Assembly: GCA_964402035.1 (NCBI GenBank)
Contig: CAYOAM010000003.1
Location: forward strand, 162,657 to 226,656
Direction: 5' to 3'
DNA length: 64,000 nt
Source: an uncultured Candidatus Saccharibacteria bacterium
GTDB lineage: Bacteria; Patescibacteriota; Minisyncoccia; Phycocordibacterales; UBA918
Part shown: positions 19,257-28,128 of the stretch, one piece after another
How positions within the stretch are numbered: the stretch's first letter is position 1
How the letters are laid out: each line of letters starts with the position of its first letter
Notes under the pieces: model-generated
The model's input: the letters and a program-made list of their open reading frames with translations, nothing else
What the model was told of the DNA's origin: nothing
The model's database searches: none
Translations under genes and position numbers: made by a program

Positions 19257-21026
19257 ATGCCTCCCGAGAAAAAAGCAACGGTACTCCGTGTCAGAACGTT
19301 TGCTGACGATATTAAACGTGCCGAAGGAGGGGCACCCACACACCTGCCGGGTGCATCGGCACAATCTCCGTCACACTCACTCGCTGATGCACTTGCAGCG
19401 CATGTTGATGACATAGCAGAACGACCAAAAACACCCGTGACGGTGCCTACCGACACCACCCCTCCACAACGTACGCAGGATCATTTTGATATTCGTCGTG
19501 CCGAATCAGATGGTATGGAGGAAGGTACCATCATCCAAGATCGAAAAGAAAAGGAGTGGTCATTTTTCGATGCGCTGAAAACATCTACCGAAACATGGTG
19601 GGCCACACGCGTACAACCGTTGTTTGAAAAAAAGAGCAACCAAGGGAAGGCGGATATTGCACCACTTTCACGCGGACCAAAGACTATTGTTGCTCCCGAC
19701 GCATTCACGATAGCACCCCGAGACGACCATGGAGCACTCCTCAAAAATATCCGCGGAAATGAAGAGCATCCGCTACAAAAAGAAGTGACGCCACAAACAC
19801 CCGCCCCGGCTATACGACCCCCAGCACCGATCACCACTGGCTGGCGTCGTATCAGCGAACCAAGAGAAGGAACCGCTGTTTCACATACCACAAGCGAAGA
19901 AGCACGTACCTATAAAGAAGATCTTCGTCGAGCGCTACCACAAAAAAATACCATCTCCCCGTCTCTTAAAACGAGCGCACCACTCCGCAGCATACCTCGC
20001 ACTGATATTGTCGCAAAAAACACCGCTCCCGTAGCACCGGATATACCAGAGCGAGAAGCGACACTTGCACGAGAGCGTCTAGCAGCTTTGGCGCACGAAG
20101 CAGCAGCGAGTGTCCCACAACCAAAACGAGTGTCTCGAGACATCCCTTTTATTCCACCAAAACTCACACGTACCGAAGCTCCACCATTGCGCACCTATCG
20201 CAACGACGTTCTGACCGATGTTAAAGCGCGCGATCTTTCAGCTCCAAAGATAGCTGCCGCTGAATATGTACGCCGTGACCAACTGGGTACCATGGGCATC
20301 CCTCAAGATCGCCCGCGTCTTATTTCTCGTATACTACCCATTTTCATTGTTTTGTTGGTGATCGTTGCTTTGAGTGCTGGTGGCTATCTCCTCTACCCAC
20401 TACTCACCAAAGAGTCTCCGATTGAAACAGTACGCGGGGTACCAGCCCTCTTTTCAACAGATGCACAAAAAGCATTGCCACTTCCTACAGAACGCGGTGA
20501 ACTTTTAAAAAACCTAAACACGCTACGTCTTGAAACGCCACTCAAAGACGGCGGATTTCTGCAACTATATGCGGAAATCAAAGACGGTGAAACGACACGC
20601 ATAGCAAAGACAAGCGACATTATGAAAGTGCTTGATCCACGAGCGCCCGGTGCTTTTATACGATCTCTCAAAGAAGAGAGTATGATCGGCGTCTACGACA
20701 GCACTCGTGCTCCATATATGATTTTCACAACCGACGCATTTACAACGGCATTTGCTGGAATGCTTGCATGGGAAGAGACCATGAGTGTTGATCTCGCACC
20801 ATTCTTTGGTGGTCCTGTACGGCGATCTTATGACGATACTGCACTTACAATCGATCAATCAAAACCTGCTCGTTTTACCGACATTGTCGTACGAAACAAA
20901 GATGTCCGCATGCTCTATGACGAATTTGGCGAAGAACGTATTGCCTACACCTTTGCGAACGAAAATACGATTGTGCTCACCACGAGTTCCAAGGCGCTTG
21001 ATGCACTAGTGAACGCACTTAAATAG
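19257..21026 (+). CDS. Hypothetical membrane protein with long Pro-rich N-terminus
   Basis: Low-complexity N-half, one TM segment, C-terminal AFAGMLAWE domain. Confidence 0.7.
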   Translation: MPPEKKATVLRVRTFADDIKRAEGGAPTHLPGASAQSPSHSLADALAAHVDDIAERPKTPVTVPTDTTPPQRTQDHFDIRRAESDGMEEGTIIQDRKEKEWSFFDALKTSTETWWATRVQPLFEKKSNQGKADIAPLSRGPKTIVAPDAFTIAPRDDHGALLKNIRGNEEHPLQKEVTPQTPAPAIRPPAPITTGWRRISEPREGTAVSHTTSEEARTYKEDLRRALPQKNTISPSLKTSAPLRSIPRTDIVAKNTAPVAPDIPEREATLARERLAALAHEAAASVPQPKRVSRDIPFIPPKLTRTEAPPLRTYRNDVLTDVKARDLSAPKIAAAEYVRRDQLGTMGIPQDRPRLISRILPIFIVLLVIVALSAGGYLLYPLLTKESPIETVRGVPALFSTDAQKALPLPTERGELLKNLNTLRLETPLKDGGFLQLYAEIKDGETTRIAKTSDIMKVLDPRAPGAFIRSLKEESMIGVYDSTRAPYMIFTTDAFTTAFAGMLAWEETMSVDLAPFFGGPVRRSYDDTALTIDQSKPARFTDIVVRNKDVRMLYDEFGEERIAYTFANENTIVLTTSSKALDALVNALK

Positions 21027-21098
21027 GCCAGCGGAGTGTGACCTTGGTCTATAGGGGCCATAGATACTGCATATTCTGTATATGGTATGATTGCACGT

Positions 21099-21473
21099 AT
21101 GGAAACAGCACACTACAAACAGAAACTACAGGAGGAACTAGCGACCGTTACTGAAGAATTGCAGACCCTTGGTGTGCAGAATCCCGACAATGCAGAAGAT
21201 TGGGTAGCAACACCGACTGATACCGAGACCGGCGAAGCAGACGAAAATGTGAGTGCGGATCACGCTGAAGATCTTGAAGAGCGTACTGCAATCCTCGCTG
21301 ATCTTGAGAAAAAATACAACAGTATTCTGCATGCTCTGAGAAAAATAGAGACCGGAACATACGGCATATGCGAAGTAAGTGGGGAGCAGATTGAAGAAGA
21401 TCGACTCGATGTAAATCCCGCAGCACGAACCAACAAGGCTCACATGGAGGAAGAGGATACATTGCCGCTATAA
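21099..21473 (+). CDS. TraR/DksA family protein with degenerate zinc finger
   Basis: Coiled coil with DENVSAD tip, then GTYGICEVSGEQIEEDRLDVNPAART; only one Cys retained. Confidence 0.85.
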   Translation: METAHYKQKLQEELATVTEELQTLGVQNPDNAEDWVATPTDTETGEADENVSADHAEDLEERTAILADLEKKYNSILHALRKIETGTYGICEVSGEQIEEDRLDVNPAARTNKAHMEEEDTLPL

Positions 21474-21478
21474 ACACT

Positions 21479-22398
21479 ATGATTGCCCGCGTCTTCTCGG
21501 CACAGCCAGCGGTTCAAGGAGGACATGTGGTCACGATCGAAACAGACCTCGCGAGAGGTCTGTATTCGTTTACGGTCGTCGGCCTCCCGGACAAAGCCGT
21601 CGAAGAAGCGCGCGATCGCTTGAGCGCCGCTATAAAGAATTCCGGTTTTGAATCTCCCAAAAGCAAAAATCACAAAATTATTATTTCATTGGCGCCTGCA
21701 GATTTGCGCAAAGAAGGGCCGCTCTTTGATCTTCCGATGGCCGTGGGGTACTTGATCGCCGCACACGACATACAAGCATCGGTTGCAGACACGTTAATAA
21801 TCGGTGAACTTGCGCTCGATGGCACCATACGTGGCGTGCGTGGCGCATTGCCGATTGTTCAGGTAGCAAAGAATGCAGGGTTCAAAACGGTCATCGTACC
21901 AAAAGAAAATGCGCTCGAAGCAGCACTCGTGCCTGAGATTGAAATCATTGCAGCCGGCACCCTCCTTGATGTCGTACGACACCTTGATCACACAAGGGAA
22001 GATCATCAACTACTCACTCCAGAGCCTCACACAGACATTATTCCAACGTGGAGCGAGAGCACTATATATCTTGAAGATATCAAAGGACAGGAAAGTGCAA
22101 AGAGGGGACTCTTGATTGCCGCAGCAGGACGACACAACAGCATCATGATCGGTCCACCCGGCACGGGGAAAACGATGCTCGCGCGCGCATTTCAAAGTAT
22201 GTTGCCACCGCTCTCTATAGAAGAAGCGCTCGAAGTCACCGCGATACATTCAATAGCTGGCACGCGCGACGAACCGGTGATAACACTCCCTCCTTTTCGT
22301 GCACCACACCACACAGCTTCACACACTGCGCTCGTGGGTGGCGGTATGCATCCGCGACCTGGGGAAGTCACCCTCGCACATCGGGGCGTACTTTTCTT
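21479..22398 (+). pseudogene. comM: ComM/YifB Mg-chelatase-like ATPase, 5' part, interrupted by integrative element
   Basis: VGLPDKAVEEARDR, LAPADLRKEG, GPPGTGKT Walker A, PFRAPHHTAS, GEVTLAHRGVLFL, then sequence diverges. Confidence 0.95.
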
Positions 22399-22420
22399 AA
22401 AGTCAGTCCCACAAAACGTT
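22380..22420 (+). repeat. attL junction (TT crossover at 22397-22398)
   Basis: comM ...CTTTTC-TT-AAAGTCAGTCCCACAA; the element arm mirrors the attR arm. Confidence 0.85.
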
Positions 22421-22621
22421 TAGTCTTTCTAGAAAAGGTGCTTCTCTTAATATTAAGTAGCGAATCTTTTTTGAGGTGATTTATACATTCAGTGTAATCA
22501 GTAGGTAACAGTTGGTAAAATAAGTCACATGTTAAATTGTAGGACACACTTTATGAAAACAGTCCTTCAATAATTTATTGAACCAAATCGATTTTTCGCC
22601 AAAAAATGCTATATTTAGGCG

Positions 22622-23551
22622 ATGGATGACATCATAAACAGATCGATTTTAAAGAATAAAGGTAAGCTTTTGTCATACTATAGAGAGCAGGCAGCAGAGC
22701 TTATAAAAGAACTCAGAAGAGTTTACTCTGACAGCGAATATCGAAAACGAGCCGTTGCTGTAAATAATGGTCTTACAAATTTGAGAAAATCTCTTATTTC
22801 TAATTTATTGGAAAAAGCGGAGACCGAGTCTTGGTCTGCTGAGGAGGTATTGTCTGGAGTACTACTGGTGACATATACCAACTATGTAGTAATGATGGAA
22901 TCCAGAAATGATGTTTGGCCGTATGAGTATATGGCTTTTGCTCGTAGAATTGGTGAGTTGTGGGAACCATTCTGTCAGTTATGTTGGGTACATCCCGTAA
23001 AGGCTGGCATTTCATACATTGAACCTCCTGTGTATTCACATGTTAAAAATCAGCTTTTAGACAATATCAAATCTTACGTTAATGACCTAAAGCTGGAAAA
23101 GGAACAAAAGGATGTTTTGTTAAATCATTATGAAACTATCTCTGCACTGGTTAGTTCTGGTGAAATAAATCTTGAGCTTGATTTACACTTTAAATCAGGC
23201 GGGAAAAAATATGTCGTTGATTTTAAAAGTGGCTTTAGTTCTAACGAGAAAGGTAACACCAATCGACTATTACTTGTTGCAAATATCTACAAATCCCTAA
23301 ACGAGGGATACAATTGCCTACTTTTTGTAAGGTCAAACGAAGAAATGAACAATCATTATCTTCAAACACTTAAAAAGTCTGGTCTATGGACAGTTTACTG
23401 TGGAGAAGAAACCTATAAAATAGTAAGTACATACACGGGTTTTGACCTAGCGTCGTGGATGAAAAAAAATATTAACTGGGCTGAAGACTTCGATGAGAAA
23501 ATGTATGCACATTTAAAGCAAAATCAATTGCTACAGTATTTAGAATGGTAG
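22622..23551 (+). CDS. Probable type II restriction endonuclease
   Basis: PD-(D/E)XK-like ELDLHF...VVDFKSG; overlaps the methyltransferase start. Confidence 0.7.
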   Translation: MDDIINRSILKNKGKLLSYYREQAAELIKELRRVYSDSEYRKRAVAVNNGLTNLRKSLISNLLEKAETESWSAEEVLSGVLLVTYTNYVVMMESRNDVWPYEYMAFARRIGELWEPFCQLCWVHPVKAGISYIEPPVYSHVKNQLLDNIKSYVNDLKLEKEQKDVLLNHYETISALVSSGEINLELDLHFKSGGKKYVVDFKSGFSSNEKGNTNRLLLVANIYKSLNEGYNCLLFVRSNEEMNNHYLQTLKKSGLWTVYCGEETYKIVSTYTGFDLASWMKKNINWAEDFDEKMYAHLKQNQLLQYLEW

Positions 23552-25044
23552 ATAAAATTATTCAAGGAAAAAAACGTACTCATAGACAATACGCTTCATA
23601 CTATACAGATTCTGAACCAATCTTGTCTTACATGGTACAAAAACTTAACGTCGCCGAAGGCGATGCAATTTTCGAACCTTGTGCTGGTGACGGTGCCTTT
23701 ATAGAAAAAATCTTTTCAAAAAATTCAAGTGATATTTCGATTCACGCTGTTGACCTAAACCCCATTGCTGTCAATAATCTGAAAGAAAGATTTTCTTCAG
23801 CGAACATACTAGTGGAACAGGTTGATACCTTGCTCGACCGCTCTGTGTTGACTAAAAAGTATTCAAAAATAATTGGCAATCCACCATACGGAGCTTGGCA
23901 AGATTTATCAAAAAGAGATGAATTAAAAAAAATATATGGAGGTTACGTAAAAGAAACGTACACTCTCTTCTTACAGAAGTGCATTGATTTGCTTGAAGAA
24001 AATGGAAAGCTGGTATTTATTATCCCAGATACTTTTCTTGCATTACATATGCATAAGGGAACCAGAGCGAAGATTCTAACCAAAACACGAGTCGAAGAAA
24101 TCCTGTTAATACCATCAAATTTCTTTCCTGGGGTTAATTTTGGTTATGCAAACCTCTGCATAATTACACTTGTTAAAAGTGAATCTGTGGCAGGTAATAC
24201 TATAAAGATTGCCTCGGTTAGAGACTCTGTTGAAAAGTTAACAACGCTTGCAAGTGGAGACTATTCTGAGTGTCATTCTTTGGAATCTCTTTTGCAAGAT
24301 GACGTTTTAAACTCAGAAAATCTTTCGTTTTTTATTGGAAGCAACGAATCATCAAGAAGCTTAATGAAAGAGGATGTTCTCAAACTTGGAGACATAGCGG
24401 ATTGTGTTACCGGTTTCTATTCAGGGGACAATAAGAAATACATCAGGGTTCTAAATAAGGACATTAAGAGGTCGAATGGCTACTCAATAGTAGATAGTAA
24501 AGAAGTCGAATATACCCATTTTCCAGCTGACATTTTAAAACAAGGATTGACGAAAAAAAGCTATATTCCGTACTTAAAAAATGCGATTGGTACTTTTTCA
24601 ATTGAGACCCAATGGTTCATTCAGTGGGACAAAAACACAGTTCAGGAATACAAAAAAGACAAACGAGCTCGATTCCAAAATTCTGAATTTTATTTCAAGG
24701 AAGGTATAGGAGTACCAATGATTAAAAGCAGTAATACACACGCAGTATTGTTAGAGAAAAGGTTGTTTGACCAGTCCGTTGTTGGGGTCTTCCCCAAAGA
24801 TTTGAAACATAGAGATTATCTGCTAGCTTTCCTCAACTCAAAAACTTGCAGTAAGTTACTAAACATTATTAATCATACGGCTAATAATTCCGCAAACTAT
24901 CTCAAAAAACTCCCTATCATCGTCAATGACGAGGGTGTAAAAGTGGTCAATAAAATAATGTCGAAATACTTTGAAAGTAAGGACAAAACCAAAGCTCTTG
25001 CAGAAATCGATGAATTCTTTACTAAACTCTACAATTTGGACTAA
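23545..25044 (+). CDS. Amino (probably N6-adenine) DNA methyltransferase, TaqI/Eco57I-like gamma class
   Basis: Motif I FEPCAGDGAF precedes motif IV IIGNPPY; C-terminal TRD with YLLAFLNS. Confidence 0.9.
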   Translation: MVDKIIQGKKRTHRQYASYYTDSEPILSYMVQKLNVAEGDAIFEPCAGDGAFIEKIFSKNSSDISIHAVDLNPIAVNNLKERFSSANILVEQVDTLLDRSVLTKKYSKIIGNPPYGAWQDLSKRDELKKIYGGYVKETYTLFLQKCIDLLEENGKLVFIIPDTFLALHMHKGTRAKILTKTRVEEILLIPSNFFPGVNFGYANLCIITLVKSESVAGNTIKIASVRDSVEKLTTLASGDYSECHSLESLLQDDVLNSENLSFFIGSNESSRSLMKEDVLKLGDIADCVTGFYSGDNKKYIRVLNKDIKRSNGYSIVDSKEVEYTHFPADILKQGLTKKSYIPYLKNAIGTFSIETQWFIQWDKNTVQEYKKDKRARFQNSEFYFKEGIGVPMIKSSNTHAVLLEKRLFDQSVVGVFPKDLKHRDYLLAFLNSKTCSKLLNIINHTANNSANYLKKLPIIVNDEGVKVVNKIMSKYFESKDKTKALAEIDEFFTKLYNLD

Positions 25045-25105
25045 CGAGGAGTCTATTTACTTTTCTTCAAAAAGAAATACTATTTACTGACAACTTAATA
25101 TAAAT

Positions 25106-25240
25106 GACCTAACCCTCAGTCGTAAGATTGAGGTATGGTCGAAAACCGTTGAAGACAAACACCCCATTATCAGGGCGCGTCTTCAACGTTATAAGGGGAA
25201 ACTCTTATAGGACTTCGGTCCACCTGGTAGTGGGTTTTTT
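25106..25240 (+). ncRNA. Candidate structured RNA with pseudoknot
   Basis: Four hairpins with GTAA, GAAA and TTCG tetraloops, a 10-bp loop-to-tail pairing and a U-tract. Confidence 0.6.
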
Positions 25241-25270
25241 GTATCTCGTTACCAGAATCTTACTTATTTA

Positions 25271-25864
25271 ATGAATAGATTTATGAACGAGAAAACTAAC
25301 GTTTTGGATAAAAAAATACCATGGTGGGCTGGACTAGCATTTTTTATATTTGTTATAAGTACGTTACTGTACGGACTTTTAGGAGGCTTTTCTACAGCTT
25401 CGAAAGTTGAAGAAGTTTCAAAGGAAGAAGTTAAAACTGACCAGCCAGCCAAAGAACCAATAATACAAATTGCGACCTTGTACAACATTCCAATGTCGAA
25501 GTTGTCTGAGCAATTTACTGCCCCACTGAACAGTGCGGGGAATCTTGTTATAGATACCGATGAGTACAAGCTACTGATTGAAAGTAAAAACGGCGTGAAC
25601 TCAGACTATGTGGAAGTGCAACTCAAAGCTCTTGGTAGTTGTGCTAAATCTGGTGTACCCCGAAACAGTGATGAGGCACTGCAACTAGTAGGGTTGAAAC
25701 CGCAGCTAAAGGGTAACCCGACCAATCCTCCTGCTGGGATAGCGAATGGTGCGATTGAGTACTGTGACTATCCGAGTGATAAATTCTCCGTCGGTGCTTC
25801 ATGTATGTATGACGGTGGATATTACGATGTCAGCCTGTCTCCACGTACATATTGTGGCAACTAG
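25271..25864 (+). CDS. Membrane-anchored hypothetical protein
   Basis: N-terminal TM segment; extracytoplasmic domain with 4 Cys. Confidence 0.7.
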   Translation: MNRFMNEKTNVLDKKIPWWAGLAFFIFVISTLLYGLLGGFSTASKVEEVSKEEVKTDQPAKEPIIQIATLYNIPMSKLSEQFTAPLNSAGNLVIDTDEYKLLIESKNGVNSDYVEVQLKALGSCAKSGVPRNSDEALQLVGLKPQLKGNPTNPPAGIANGAIEYCDYPSDKFSVGASCMYDGGYYDVSLSPRTYCGN

Positions 25865-25989
25865 GGTACGTTTAGTTGTCCAGAAAACGTTAGCTACGGC
25901 ATTCGATAGCGGAAAGGCGAGGTAATATACCAACCTCTGTAAAAGTTATTCACAGTCATTGAGTTACAGAACAATAATATTTTTTAGTC

Positions 25990-26016
25990 AAAAACCCTTA
26001 TTTAAAGGGGTTTTTT
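25990..26016 (+). terminator. Rho-independent terminator
   Basis: AAAAACCCTT-ATTTA-AAGGGGTTTTTT. Confidence 0.6.
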
Positions 26017-26279
26017 GCTTATAGCTTCTTCTATATACTTCCAGCTCCTTATAGATTTTTATAGATAATTACATCTTCTTCTACGTGTACGTCAAGACCA
26101 TCTAGGTGTAGTGTTCGGAGTAACAATGACTAATCAGCCAGAACAGAACATTGAGCATGGTCCCGCAGGTGTCGAATGGACACTTCTCTTTGGGAAGCTA
26201 CTGACCGATAAGTCAGCGTCGAAATTATCAAATAAATCTGAAACCGACACCGGCAATCAGATTGCAATCAAAACAAACA

Positions 26280-26525
26280 ATGAAAACACTTATAACGAAG
26301 CAAACGAATTTAACCAAGTCACCTATAACTCTCGCTGACCTCGTGAACACTGGCTACGCTCATATCAGCACTGACATTAACAAAGCAAGAGAGAATATCG
26401 AACGATATGCAACTACCGCAGTTCGAGTGATTGCACCAAAGAATTGTAGAGATATAACAATCGACTTATCAAAACCTGACAAGCCGAGAGTGAGATACAA
26501 GATTACCAAGAATATGACGAGCTAG
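26280..26525 (+). CDS. Small basic hypothetical protein
   Basis: 81-aa ORF ending 1 nt before the Rep-like gene. Confidence 0.55.
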   Translation: MKTLITKQTNLTKSPITLADLVNTGYAHISTDINKARENIERYATTAVRVIAPKNCRDITIDLSKPDKPRVRYKITKNMTS

Positions 26526-26526
26526 C

Positions 26527-27228
26527 ATGGCTAGAAAGAAAGTTCAGCAAAACGAAAGATTTCCTGGCTTTCCAAAAAGCATCAATCGTGGATTCTTTCG
26601 GTATCCAACAATTCTTGAAAAATACTGGTGTGACCTCGAAGGTTCTGAACAAAAGGTTTTAGACTACATCCTTCGTCAGACTAAGGGTTGGGGCAAGAAT
26701 TTTGACAAAATCAGCTTGTCTCAGTTTGCGAAAGGAAACGGAAAAAATACAAAGGGTGCAGGTATTAGTGAAACGCAGGCAGCTGCTGCGCTTAAAGCGC
26801 TGGAAGTGAAAGGCTACATAACAGTCGAACGACGAGCTAGAAAGACGAATGTTATTCACCTCAAGTATGACGAGACTGTCAGTGATAGTCCGAAGTGTAG
26901 CGATGAGATTCGAGAACTCATCATGCAATTTGAACCAGTCGCTAACCACTTAGTAAAGGACTACTTGGAAGATGAGCGTGAAATATCTGCTCTTGAAGAG
27001 CTTGTCACCTATTACGGCTACCATAAGGTGAGAGATTGTATCTCGGTACTCAGGGATTCAAACCCAGAGCAGTACATGCCTACGATAATCTCACCCAGAG
27101 ACCTCAGAACAAAGATGCCTAGTCTATTATCGGCTATTGCAACTATGCAGATAGAGCACGATACGTTTTGGCAGGTCAATCTAGATAATGATAGACGTTT
27201 CGTCTCGAAAATTGAAAAAATACTTTGA
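26527..27228 (+). CDS. Phage replication protein O-like winged-helix initiator
   Basis: SEQKVLDYILRQTKGWGKNFDKISLSQFA...AALKALEVKGYI resembles lambda-O-type N-terminal domains. Confidence 0.7.
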   Translation: MARKKVQQNERFPGFPKSINRGFFRYPTILEKYWCDLEGSEQKVLDYILRQTKGWGKNFDKISLSQFAKGNGKNTKGAGISETQAAAALKALEVKGYITVERRARKTNVIHLKYDETVSDSPKCSDEIRELIMQFEPVANHLVKDYLEDEREISALEELVTYYGYHKVRDCISVLRDSNPEQYMPTIISPRDLRTKMPSLLSAIATMQIEHDTFWQVNLDNDRRFVSKIEKIL

Positions 27229-27557
27229 GGTGGTTAGGTGATTGGTACAAAAGTTGGATATCTGTATCACAACTGATACCAGGAAAAAGTGAAACTGTAC
27301 CAATCTGTTATCAGACAATAGATAGATAGGTATCTACAAAATTGTATATATTCACACTCACTTGAAAGTGAGTGTAGATAATTCTGGAAATAAGATTATT
27401 TAACGACCAGTAATTAAATAGGGAGTCCCTACCTCGCTTGTTAACAGTCACACTACACAACATATATACAAAGTTGTAAAGATATGGAATTATATAACTG
27501 AGAAACCGTTGTTTTAAGCCAAATTTCCGGCTGTGGCAACTACCCCTTCTCAGTTAT

Positions 27558-27719
27558 ATGAACCATATTGACGACATTAAAGACTACTTAATCGCAGATG
27601 AGATTCAGCGCATTCAGTCGTTGTCACATGAACAATTGGTTTGTGAACTGATTGAAGTGAAAACACGAGATATAGAGCTGGGCAAAATCACCATTAACAC
27701 TAACGTACATGGAAACTAA
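27558..27719 (+). CDS. Small 53-aa ORF absent from the ORF track
   Basis: ATG 27558 MNHIDDIKDYLIADEIQRIQSLSHEQLVCELIEVK...; overlaps the start of the next gene. Confidence 0.5.
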   Translation: MNHIDDIKDYLIADEIQRIQSLSHEQLVCELIEVKTRDIELGKITINTNVHGN

Positions 27720-28128
27720 GAAAACACTAATTATTAACTCAAAGAGCTTGAACGGGTTGCGCTACTTCGGCATAACTAAAAAGTGTATCGAACATTGCCA
27801 GACACAAAAATGGGCTATCGAACCCGATAACATTCATAGCGAAATAAACCTCACTCCTTACGTAGAGTATGAAGGGGTACCTGAGAACGAACCAGTCTAC
27901 ATGATTGAAAAAAATAGAGTTGCGTGTCTGCTCACTTATTCAATCGAAAGCCTTGGTCTATCACTACGTGAACTGCTAGAACTCATGCATTTACTTGAAA
28001 AGCATGAGGTGAGGCTCGTCTCAGTAACTGAGAAACTAGAACCCGACACTCATTCGGGAAGACTGAGGATTCACCTAGCCGCAATAACCGCTGAGTTTCG
28101 ACGTGCGGATAATGCTAACTATCTATGA
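27709..28128 (+). CDS. Degenerate serine-recombinase catalytic-domain protein
   Basis: LLTYSIESLGLSLRELLELMHLLEKHEVRLVSVTEKLEPDTHSGRL...AEFRR aligns to the resolvase fold; YxRxS and DRLxR absent. Confidence 0.7.
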   Translation: METKKTLIINSKSLNGLRYFGITKKCIEHCQTQKWAIEPDNIHSEINLTPYVEYEGVPENEPVYMIEKNRVACLLTYSIESLGLSLRELLELMHLLEKHEVRLVSVTEKLEPDTHSGRLRIHLAAITAEFRRADNANYL

